Source: Hydrurus foetidus (taxonomy: Eukaryota). Taken from it: DNA of 37,637 nt. Shown one piece after another: positions 12,613 through 21,716 of the stretch. How positions within the stretch are numbered: position 1 is the stretch's first letter; every line of letters starts with the position of its first letter. The stretch spans positions 1-37,637 of the forward strand of contig UYFQ01000585.1 of assembly GCA_900617105.1 (NCBI GenBank). Direction: 5' to 3'. A program made the translations under genes and the position numbers. Under the pieces are notes generated by a model. That model saw nothing but the letters and a program-made list of their open reading frames with translations. It was not told the DNA's origin and searched no databases.

Positions 12613-12671
12613 TGTAGGCAAGGCCCCTCTTGGTGTACTGTTGAATATATATTTGAAAGTTCAACGGTTGG
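12613..12671 (+). repeat. Copy 1 of an imperfect ~55-bp direct repeat (partner at 21186-21236)
   Basis: TGTAGGCAAG..CCC..TTGGTGTACTGTTG..ATATTTGAAAGTTCAACGGTTGG is shared between the two sites with small indels. Confidence 0.8.
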
Positions 12672-12806
12672 CTCATGAAAGCGCAACGGGGGAGATTTAA
12701 TTTATTCATTGAAAAAAAATGGAATTTATCTATCACTGTACAGAATGACTACTTCTATGATTTCGAAAATGTCTGTGAAGACGGGCTGAGTGATGCTAAT
12801 AAGTTT

Positions 12807-13996
12807 TTACTTATTTCTTTTTAGTTCGCCAACACTCAATGTATTCAATGAAGCAACCAGCAGAACCCGGAGATCGTTCATATGAGAATCGGCAAAAATT
12901 TGAAGATTTGACGCAGCAATAAATATTTGCTGATCGCGTGTACTTCTTATATCAGAATGGGCAACGTCGTGTCTCGCTGTCGACCATTTTCTTAAGGTAA
13001 AGATGTCAACGGCTGGAGAATAGGTATTCCATTCATCTCGCAGAGTGTTGTAATCATCGTCAGTCATGTCACCGTCTTCGTGAGCATCGGTGGCCTTAGT
13101 AATTGCTTTACATAGACCACCCCAATTGGCGTGATTCTTCGAAGCTAATATCTTGGGCAGTACGAAATAAAAACGGTACAAACAGATCAAATCGAAGAGA
13201 ACGATGAGGTCAGAGTTCTTTTTGCTATCAGTAACAAGGTTCTCAATTGTTAGACCTTGCTGTGCAATTGTTACACCTTGCTGTGCAATTGTTACACCTT
13301 GCTGTGCAATTGTTGTAACCATGCCATCTCTTTCTATCCTATCGGCGATCGCACATCCTTTTAGGTAGTCAACTGTCCCGCCCAGCTCCGTAATTGTTAC
13401 ACCTTGCTGTGCAATTGTTGTAACCATGCCATCTCTTTCTATCCTATCGGCGATCGCACATCCTTTTAGGTAGTCAACTGTCCCGCCCAGCTCCGTAATT
13501 GTTACACCTTGCTGTGCAATTGTTACACCTTGCTGTGCAATTGTTGTAACCATGCCATCTCTTTCTATCCTATCGGCGATCGCACATCCTTTTAGGTAGT
13601 CAACTGTCCCGCCCAGCTCCGTAATTGTTACACCTTGCTGTGCAATTGTTGTAACCATGCCATCTCTTTCTGTCCTATCGGCGATCGCGCGTTTGTACAA
13701 GCGGTCAATGCTCCTTATGTTCGATGAAACATCTAATCTTAAACTCTCCGTCATTTCGACGACTGACTGCAGACGTCCCTCTTGATGCAAAGATTCGTCG
13801 TCCTCGCTCCTTGGGATTGATTTATGAATTATTATCTTAAATGTAAGTTATTGTACAGTGAGATATTTATGTAGATTTGAATCATTTTTTTGTGACACAC
13901 TGTTTCTTACATCATTCCGCCCCCATTTGAACTGTCTTGACTTGCGCCATTGACGGAAGTCGAATGATTTCTCTCGGGTTTGGTAGGGTTTTCCAT
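12807..13996 (-). CDS. Orphan protein: tandem heptad coiled-coil stalk plus C-terminal helical domain with RxxxxH (HEPN-like) motif
   Basis: Exon 1 13996-13911 (MENPTKPERN...), GTAAG..AG intron 13910-13810, exon 2 13809-12807 in phase with the 327-aa ORF. Motif RHDVAH at 12974-12957. Confidence 0.65.
13245..13690 (-). repeat. Coding tandem array built from 21-bp (heptad) modules
   Basis: Near-identical 105/126-bp units ERDGMVT-(TIAQQGV)n-TITELGG-TVDYLKG-CAIADRI, with n = 1, 2, 1, 3 (last unit incomplete). Confidence 0.95.
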
Positions 13997-14236
13997 GTCA
14001 AGTTTCTGTGAATTGCGGAACCCACTCCTTCTTCATTCAAGGTATGTCAACCGTTAGCCAGTTCTCAGTGAGTCAACGTGGTTGTCGATATCAATTCAGG
14101 CCAATCCTTATCGCTTATCGCACTCCTGACTCCTGACTCCTGATAACTGATTACCTGGTACAGAAACGGAAAACAGCATTCAGCCCAGTGCTGTCAAAAA
14201 GTCCGCACGGTGTCAAAAAGTCCGCACGGTCACTTT

Positions 14237-14598
14237 TGTTGCGAATTTCCGTACTTCGCAGCACGCGTGGACCACTCGAGGTTCTGTGCGAACGGTACGA
14301 GAACTCAGCAAATCCCGTGAAATGAAAGACCGCAGTGTGTTCAATCAACTGATAATTTAACTTGTGTCTGTCGTCCCTGTTCGACCTAGCCACGAAGTTT
14401 ACATTCCGACTCACAACGCTACTCTAGAAGAATAAAACAGAACATGACTATACTAGTGGTGTTGCACGCATGAAACAGTTTTCATGCGCGCTGTAACGTA
14501 CAACACTTCGTATAGTACACACACACACACATACGTACGACAACCGAACGGTCCTACATTCTACAATAAACGGTTCACCACACAATGAAACTCCAACA
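14237..14598 (-). repeat. 3' LTR of the copia element
   Basis: Matches 19615-19976. Preceded on the minus strand by a short purine tract TAGGGGTG. Confidence 0.97.
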
Positions 14599-14701
14599 CA
14601 CCCCTAGGATGGAGGTCGGTTGAAACAATGACATAGTCGTATAAGAATGACATAAAACAAAACATGATTGTAACTAAGCTAAACAAACATAACAGTATCT
14701 C

Positions 14702-17700
14702 TTATGCCTTGGGCCATCCCGTAAGACATTCTCTCTCGTAAGTGAACTGCGCCCCTTGCAGTGGCTTGGTGAGGATGTTCGCATACATCTCCTTGGTCCC
14801 CTTGTGCACCAGTATGACCTCCCCTGTGCTCACTCGCTCCTTCACCCAAAAGTAGCGGATCCCGATGTGCCTCGTCTTCTCTGCACCGGACCTCCCTCGG
14901 TCGATAAGAGCCATGCAGGACATGTTATCCTGGTACACGATCACCGGCCCCATAGTGTATCCCTGATTCACAAGGAACATCCTAGTGTATATCCCCTGAT
15001 TGGCCGAGTCCGATAGACCGATGAGCTCCGCCTCGGTACTCGACTTGGACACGATCCCCTGCTTCGTGGACCTGCAGTGCACTGCACCAATATCCCCGAT
15101 CACGACGCAGCTGCCAGTGTGGGACTTCCCGTCAGCGTGCACCCCGTACGACGCGTCCACGAATAGCCGCACTGATATCCCACTGCTCCCAGGTCTGAAG
15201 ACTAGTCCCGTATCGCGAGACCAGCGTATGTACCTCACGAGGCGATGCAGCTTGTCAACGTCGTCTTCACTGCAGCGAGTAACCCTGGTGGCGAGGTATG
15301 CAACGGCAGTCAGGCATTCGGGCTTGACTCGCTTGGACAGGTACACTAGCTGCGCGGTGACTCGGTGGAACCACACACGCACTCCCTCAGTCACCATGAC
15401 TGCATCAGGTCTGGTCTCGAACAGCCCATCAGTGGCAGGAGTCTTCGCGATACCCTGCACCCCGGACGAATCGAGCATCTCGTCAATGTACCCCGACATG
15501 CTCACGCGCGCCTCGCCTGTGTGAGAGAAATCGAATGCCATGCCGAGGTAATTGATTAGTGGACCGTGCGCAAGAGTGATTTCCCCATACCTAGCTTTGA
15601 GACCCTCGGTGAGCTCAGAGATCATGGCTTTGCTCTTGCTCGTGATGAAGAGATCATCAACGTGGACTGTTGCTGTGCACTGCACACCCCCACTGTCCGT
15701 GCGGTTGAACACACATATGTCACTGTCGTTGCACTTGTATCCCAGTGATGTCATACTCTTACTCAGGTTACCGTACCACAGTGCAGCACTCTCTACGCAC
15801 CCGTACAGCGCCTTCTTGAGCAGCACTACAATCCTCCCTTTGTCGTCTGTGAATCCGCTGTATGCACCATCAAGTGCAATCAGGAAGTCTGATATGGTCT
15901 TATCAAGACGCATGTAAACTGGCACTCCAGTAGTCATGCTCGCATTCAGGAATGCACCCCCAATATCAACCACTGCTGCATGCCTATGCTCGTGTGCGCA
16001 CACCGCTGCGATTGTAAACACTGCACTCGTCGACACTGTTGGGGAGGACAAGTCGTCGTATAGATTCTTGTCCTGCTGGTCGCCTCCTGCAACCAGTCTC
16101 GCTTTGTACTTGTCGAACCTCCCGTCCGGATGAGTCTTCCTCTTAAGGAACATTGACGATCGAATGATACCCGCACGCTCACCAGCTGTGAGTCTGTTGT
16201 ACAGGACAGGCGCCCACACCTTCTTGTTGATCATTTGTTGTAGCTCTTTGTTGATGACTAACCTCGCGTCGTCACCCCTAGTCCTGAGCGCCTCTCTCAC
16301 ACTCACATTGGCACTAGGCTCTACGTGTAGTTCACTCTTGCGCTTTGCAAGAACCGCTGTGATAGACTCTGTGCATGACACTCGTTGAGTCGGTGTAGTC
16401 ACTAACGGTGTGTTGAACGTTACGAAAGTTGCTCCCTGCTCGGACGGTCTCTTCAGTATGCCATTCCCTGTCCTGAAGTAATCTATCACTTTCTCCTGTG
16501 AGTTACGCTCTACGTGCTCTTCTGTAATGGTGTTGACAGTAGTGGGAGTGGGGGAAAGAAGGGATGGGGAAGGGAAGTGTTCTCCGACCAAATCGGGTGA
16601 CGTGATGTCGATTGGTGTGTCAGCGTTATGCTGATCGATGCCTTGCTCTGCATCGTGTGAGTCCGTTGGACTTGTTCGGTCATATCCCTCCGGATGTAGC
16701 TCCAAAATATTTTCTGTTAATGTTGTTACACCCCCTATCTCCGGAGGGATGATATCGTTGACGATCTCCACTGGTGGAGTGTCGGCCAGGACCAGCTGAT
16801 GCATCGTCATGTTGACTGGTACTATGCGAGCCTCTGCTCGAATTCTCTCTTCTGCATTAGGTGGTAGGATAGGTATGAATCTCGGCATCTGCGACTTATC
16901 CACACTGTGCATGTACTGTATCTCGTTGTAGACGTTCGGAATCTTAGTAAGGTATCGACCGTCCTTTGCTGCAAGTGCGTTGAGCTGCATTATCGCTGAT
17001 GCTGGCATAGGCAGAACCTTAAAGTTGTCTCTCAAGATGATCTTGTTGGTTGCAATTGACAGCATTTTAACGGATCCAGTGCGATTACCCGTTGGCAGGT
17101 ACACTATACAATCGTCAGTACGTGGACTCATGGAACGGTCGGTATTCGCAACTGTACATTGACAATAATCCCCAAAGGCCACCCTGAAGTCCCTGTTCCC
17201 CGCAACCCGCTGTCCTGAGAACGCTTCTCTTGGAGTGACCCCTCCAGGACGAGTTCCAGAGTGTTGATAGTTGATGCGGGAGATACAATATAATGCAAGC
17301 ATGGACAGACCGTTGATAGTGAGTGCAAATGGCAAACGTCCACAGATGTGAGATCGTATTCTCTCCTTGATCATTCGAATGCGCCGCTCGATTCTTGCAA
17401 TATGGCCTCCAGCACCGCTGATGTTGACTTCTATTGCAAACTTCTCCAAGTATGGAATCAATTTCCCGACAGCTCCCTCACCATCTGACATGATGACTGA
17501 CACGATGAAGTTCCGAGACCTCAAGGTTGATAGTATAGTATCCAGACACCTCTTCACTGACTCTGCAGTTCTTGAGGGTTTGCCGGTATCTGCAGATTCC
17601 ATTATAACACCAAGTGTGAGATCAAGTGGATGAGATACAGCAACAAGTAACGCCACCTGTTCGACAAACATGATGTCGATTGAGAGGATCTGCTGCTGCT

Positions 17701-19588
17701 GCACGATTGACGGTGTCAAGACAAGACTCGGTGCTGGTGACTTCTGCTTCGTTGTTTTCCCCTTGATAGATGCAATGTCTTTACCCCAGATAGAGTCAGC
17801 AACACGGAAGTCGTACTCGGTGACATTGAAGTCGCTGCCATCTCTGAGCATAGCGATAGCTTCCTCCACCGACGGATATCCCATCCGAGCGAGTAGCTCT
17901 CGAGCATTCTTCGCTGACGCCACTTCGCGTTTCGTATAGAGCTTCAAGTTGTCCGAGACGGTCTGAACCATAGCATGCTCGATCACCGGATGACTAGTAG
18001 CACGATTAGATACCATAGATCTCACGTCACATACGTAGAATCGACCTTCACTCCCTGGAATGCTTCGTCTGCAGAAACTGTATATCATGTTGCTTCCTTT
18101 GGGCTGTAAGGTAAACCGACTCTCGCGTTGATTGTATCGAATCTGAGCACCCCCGTCGACCATGGCTGCGAACGACAAGATATTGGCAGTTGCTTTCTCG
18201 CTGTAGTACACGTTTCCCATCTCGTTGAAATGTCCTTCTTCACTGACTCGCACTCCCTTAGCATCGGACTGCACTCCGTTCAAGACGATTTGGTTCTCCG
18301 ACCGCTTAACGTTAGTAAGGAGATCCCGATTGCTGAAGATGCTCACAGAGGCTTGATTGTCAAGTAGCACATGTGACCGCGAGAACAGAACCAACTCATC
18401 CACTGTGATGAACGCGTATTCACCGTGGTCTTCGTCATCGACGTCAATATCTTCTGTTGCAGTGTAGAGTGCTATATCTCCTTTCCTCTCGTCGCAATCT
18501 CGTGCATAGTGGCCCATCTTGCCGCACACGTAACAGAGAATGGATTCGAGTGACGACCTTTTTCTGTTTTCCAACGGAGCCTTATCCTTCTTTGACGAGG
18601 GGGTCTTTCCTTTTTCAGGATCCTTAGCCTTTGTTACGTGTACGGCATCGGCTAGGTATGCCGAGTGGTGTTGGTGGTTGCTCCCAAGGGGTACTAGTGC
18701 GCCGTCACGGATCCAGGTGGATGCGGTGCGGAAGGCACTCGCTAGTGTGTCCGGATAGGCACCTGGTATGTTCTGGCATGCATTGTTACGCATCACAGTA
18801 AGCATGCCACTGTACCTTTTTGTGTCCAACTTGCTGATGAAGTCCAGTGCCCGCAGTGACTCGCCAATGTCAGTCATGCCCACTCCACTGTTTGCCTTAA
18901 GCTGATTATCAAATCTCGTCTTGAATTCAGCGATGGGCTCTCGGTCACCCTGACGGAGTGCGTTGTATCGCAACTGTTGATCGTGTAGGTTGACAGACGT
19001 CATGTTGTCGTGATCTCCGAACATGTGAGTGAGGTGAGATCTCCGGATAATTCTCCATAACCGGATACTGTCAAGTGACAGTCTGGCAGCTTCGAACCGT
19101 GGGTCTTCCCTGACCTTGCTCTGAGACGCTTGTGACATTAGGTCCCACATGAGGGCCCACATTTTGCCCTCATCCAGTCTCTGCTGTTCCATAGCCTTCA
19201 GACGGCGATCATATGCTCCTGTTCTGAGCTTATTAATAAATTGCTCAGTGAACACTTCGGGCTCAGCTTCGGGTTCATCCTCGCCTTGTATGGTCTCGGC
19301 GTCACTGTCGTCAGTTTCGTTCCCATCGTCGTCATCGTCGCCTCCTGCTGCAGCACCTTCTGCATTGGCGGGTTGGTTGACGAAATTCGGGTGGTAATCC
19401 CGCTGTTGGATCGGAGGGAACTTGTAAGACCTATTGAGGTGAAAGAACATTCCCGTAGTGCCGTACAGGCCTGTGGCGATGTTGTACATGGCCTCGCGCC
19501 ACTCAATGGCGTTGTTTTCTCGACCGAACTGGAGAATGCATCTCGAGTCGGATTTCACAGCCGCCACAGCAGCTTTCTTTGGAGGCAT
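14702..19588 (-). CDS. gag-pol: Copia Gag-Pol polyprotein (1628 aa)
   Basis: Zinc knuckle CYVCGKMGHYARDC, protease LLDNQAS, integrase IDIMF/SDGEG/IERRIR, RT KARLVAGG / DIGGAFL / ALYG / HVDD, RNase H VDASY / STEAE / QDN / ANILTKPL. Confidence 0.97.
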   Translation of the reverse strand: MPPKKAAVAAVKSDSRCILQFGRENNAIEWREAMYNIATGLYGTTGMFFHLNRSYKFPPIQQRDYHPNFVNQPANAEGAAAGGDDDDDGNETDDSDAETIQGEDEPEAEPEVFTEQFINKLRTGAYDRRLKAMEQQRLDEGKMWALMWDLMSQASQSKVREDPRFEAARLSLDSIRLWRIIRRSHLTHMFGDHDNMTSVNLHDQQLRYNALRQGDREPIAEFKTRFDNQLKANSGVGMTDIGESLRALDFISKLDTKRYSGMLTVMRNNACQNIPGAYPDTLASAFRTASTWIRDGALVPLGSNHQHHSAYLADAVHVTKAKDPEKGKTPSSKKDKAPLENRKRSSLESILCYVCGKMGHYARDCDERKGDIALYTATEDIDVDDEDHGEYAFITVDELVLFSRSHVLLDNQASVSIFSNRDLLTNVKRSENQIVLNGVQSDAKGVRVSEEGHFNEMGNVYYSEKATANILSFAAMVDGGAQIRYNQRESRFTLQPKGSNMIYSFCRRSIPGSEGRFYVCDVRSMVSNRATSHPVIEHAMVQTVSDNLKLYTKREVASAKNARELLARMGYPSVEEAIAMLRDGSDFNVTEYDFRVADSIWGKDIASIKGKTTKQKSPAPSLVLTPSIVQQQQILSIDIMFVEQVALLVAVSHPLDLTLGVIMESADTGKPSRTAESVKRCLDTILSTLRSRNFIVSVIMSDGEGAVGKLIPYLEKFAIEVNISGAGGHIARIERRIRMIKERIRSHICGRLPFALTINGLSMLALYCISRINYQHSGTRPGGVTPREAFSGQRVAGNRDFRVAFGDYCQCTVANTDRSMSPRTDDCIVYLPTGNRTGSVKMLSIATNKIILRDNFKVLPMPASAIMQLNALAAKDGRYLTKIPNVYNEIQYMHSVDKSQMPRFIPILPPNAEERIRAEARIVPVNMTMHQLVLADTPPVEIVNDIIPPEIGGVTTLTENILELHPEGYDRTSPTDSHDAEQGIDQHNADTPIDITSPDLVGEHFPSPSLLSPTPTTVNTITEEHVERNSQEKVIDYFRTGNGILKRPSEQGATFVTFNTPLVTTPTQRVSCTESITAVLAKRKSELHVEPSANVSVREALRTRGDDARLVINKELQQMINKKVWAPVLYNRLTAGERAGIIRSSMFLKRKTHPDGRFDKYKARLVAGGDQQDKNLYDDLSSPTVSTSAVFTIAAVCAHEHRHAAVVDIGGAFLNASMTTGVPVYMRLDKTISDFLIALDGAYSGFTDDKGRIVVLLKKALYGCVESAALWYGNLSKSMTSLGYKCNDSDICVFNRTDSGGVQCTATVHVDDLFITSKSKAMISELTEGLKARYGEITLAHGPLINYLGMAFDFSHTGEARVSMSGYIDEMLDSSGVQGIAKTPATDGLFETRPDAVMVTEGVRVWFHRVTAQLVYLSKRVKPECLTAVAYLATRVTRCSEDDVDKLHRLVRYIRWSRDTGLVFRPGSSGISVRLFVDASYGVHADGKSHTGSCVVIGDIGAVHCRSTKQGIVSKSSTEAELIGLSDSANQGIYTRMFLVNQGYTMGPVIVYQDNMSCMALIDRGRSGAEKTRHIGIRYFWVKERVSTGEVILVHKGTKEMYANILTKPLQGAQFTYERECLTGWPKA

Positions 19589-19614
19589 TCTCGAATGCCC
19601 AGATGTTTAAATTA

Positions 19615-19976
19615 TGTTGCGAATTTCCGTACTTCGCAGCACGCGTGGACCACTCGAGGTTCTGTGCGAACGGTACGAGAACTCAGCAAATCCCGTGAAA
19701 TGAAAGACCGCAGTGTGTTCAATCAACTGATAATTTAACTTGTGTCTGTCGTCCCTGTTCGACCTAGCCACGAAGTTTACATTCCGACTCACAACGCTAC
19801 TCTAGAAGAATAAAACAGAACATGACTATACTAGTGGTGTTGCACGCATGAAACAGTTTTCATGCGCGCTGTAACGTACAACACTTCGTATAGTACACAC
19901 ACACACACATACGTACGACAACCGAACGGTCCTACATTCTACAATAAACGGTTCACCACACAATGAAACTCCAACA
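19615..19976 (-). repeat. 5' LTR of the copia element
   Basis: Matches 14237-14598, including the length of the (CA)n run. Ends 26 nt upstream of the gag ATG. Confidence 0.97.
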
Positions 19977-21185
19977 ACTTTAGCCCCGATAACTCCATGG
20001 ATAAATTTCAAAAAACTCTTTGGAAAATTGCTTTCATGTAATTTGATAGTGCTTTCCGTGAATCCGAAATAAAAAAAGTCCAAAAATAATTTTATTCCAC
20101 TGACGTTTCCTCACCTCAATATTCGCTTTTCCCAAATTTGACCAAACCTGTTTTTAGAAAAAGATAGGATATTCATCAAGTCAAGAATACTTTACTTAGT
20201 ATGGAACCGCGAGGGTTTGACTTGAAACGGAGGATTTCTCGAGATACAATGACTTCAGTCGTAAATCGAGGTGTTTTAACGGTTTTCGGGTGTGATTTTT
20301 CACCGATTCCGTGGGGAAACACCTCGATTTACGACTGAAGTCATTGTATCTCGAGAAATCCTCCGTTTCAAGTCAAACCTCGCGGTTCCAGTAAAGTATT
20401 CAATGAATAATCTTTTGGTCAAATTTGGGAAAAGCGAATATTGAGGTGAGGAAACGTCAGTGGAATAAAATTATTTTTGGACTTTTTTTATTTCGGATTC
20501 ACGGAAAGCACTATCAAATTACATGAAAGCAATTTTCCAAAGTGTTTTTTGAAATTTATCCATGGAGTTATCGGGGCTAAAGTGACCGTGCGGACTTTTT
20601 GACACCGTGCGGACTTTTTGACAGCACTGGGTGCTGTATTATAGGGGATATAAAAAAGAGGAGAAGATCTATTTTCATACGGGAGTGGTTCTCTGGACCG
20701 GTCCCAAATTCCCTTTGGGGGCGCGACGCACCTTTGACTGAAAATGAAAAAATGAGGTTTTTCATTTTCGGTTTTCGGTCGATTAGGAACGATTCTAGTA
20801 ATTACAAGTAACTTCGTGGCTATCAGCAGGGATGGTAATGCACAAGTTTTCATATCTAGTTCTTAGGAATATATTCTTACTACGGCCATTTGTCCAAGTT
20901 GTGGTTGTTGGGATTTTGAGAAATCACAACGTCGGGAACTTTTCTTCACCTCGAGATCATATCGAAGCTTTCTCGGAATAAATGTCATCTTGGGAACTTT
21001 TCCACACCTCGGGAACAAAATATCCTCTCGAAACTCTCTGTCCCTGTCAGACATATCACTGGGGGATTTTCCAAATTCAAATTACGACATCTCACAAACA
21101 GATGACATCAACAGGTGGGTAAGAAAATTGATTTAAAAAATACGATGTAGGTTTATAACAAGTGCCATTAAAGTTAACATCTTGT

Positions 21186-21236
21186 TGTAGGCAAGCCCTT
21201 GGTGTACTGTTGGATATTTGAAAGTTCAACGGTTGG
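21186..21236 (+). repeat. Copy 2 of the imperfect direct repeat (partner at 12613-12671)
   Basis: Aligned by eye to 12613-12671. Confidence 0.8.
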
Positions 21237-21277
21237 TGTGTGTTGTGTGTGGGCAAACAACGGACAACTTTGGTATA

Positions 21278-21441
21278 TATTGTGCCGGTCAAAACTAAAC
21301 GGGAGAATTTATTTTGCGGGGAGGTTTTTTCGTGTTTTTGACAGAGGTCAAAATAACTGTTACTTTGATTCTGCGGTCAAAAACACGAATATGCCGCAAA
21401 ATAAATTTTTGTAGCACCGTTTAGTTTTGACCGGCACAATA
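21278..21441. mobile_element. ~160-bp palindromic MITE with TA flanks
   Basis: 25-bp perfect inverted ends TATTGTGCCGGTCAAAACTAAACGG / CCGTTTAGTTTTGACCGGCACAATA, plus nested inner inverted blocks AATTTATTTTGCGG/CCGCAAAATAAATT and TCGTGTTTTTGAC/GTCAAAAACACGA. Confidence 0.8.
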
Positions 21442-21716
21442 CCGTATAATATGGTACAGTGTAGGGTGTAGGGAGGTATATAACACGATGGAGGAGTCTC
21501 GAACAACTGTAACGAACTGCAAAATTTGATACTGCGGCCATCAATAGAGCATCTCATAACCACAAATGCGCATCCTGAAAGCATTATTTTTCGAGACTGT
21601 CCAGCGGCGAGTTTTAGGGTTCAGAGGAGCAATCTTACAGTCAGCATAATCAAAGGGCATCTCTTTGATAAGAGGGATTGCGTTCACACGTTCATCGGTG
21701 CTTGGAGATACGAGAT

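Larger units (their letters stand above)
14237..19976 (-). mobile_element. Full-length Ty1/copia LTR retrotransposon (5740 bp), very recent insertion
   Basis: Two 362-bp LTRs with TGTTG...CAACA ends, identical by eye. 5-bp TSD ACTTT at 14232-14236 and 19977-19981. Single intact polyprotein with domain order gag-PR-IN-RT-RH. Confidence 0.98.
14184..20631. mobile_element. ~700-bp palindromic foldback/MITE-like DNA element with ~330-bp inverted arms, interrupted by the copia insertion
   Basis: Left arm 14184-14236 plus 19982-20276, 40-nt spacer 20277-20316, right arm 20317-20631. Ends are CCCAGTGCTGTCAAAAAGTCCGCACGG / CCGTGCGGACTTTTTGACAGCACTGGG, each with a tandem 19-bp repeat TGTCAAAAAGTCCGCACGG. 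Confidence 0.85.

Noticed and set aside
13245..13690. CRISPR-like array
   Set aside because: The intervening segments are themselves identical and in-frame coding, there are no cas genes, and the context is eukaryotic.
14756..19738. Numerous plus-strand ORFs inside the copia
   Set aside because: Shadows of the long GC-balanced polyprotein frame.
20632..21100. Repeat-like non-coding segment with a 12-bp hairpin at 20740-20769
   Set aside because: Probably TE-derived, but no termini, TSD or coding remnant could be defined.
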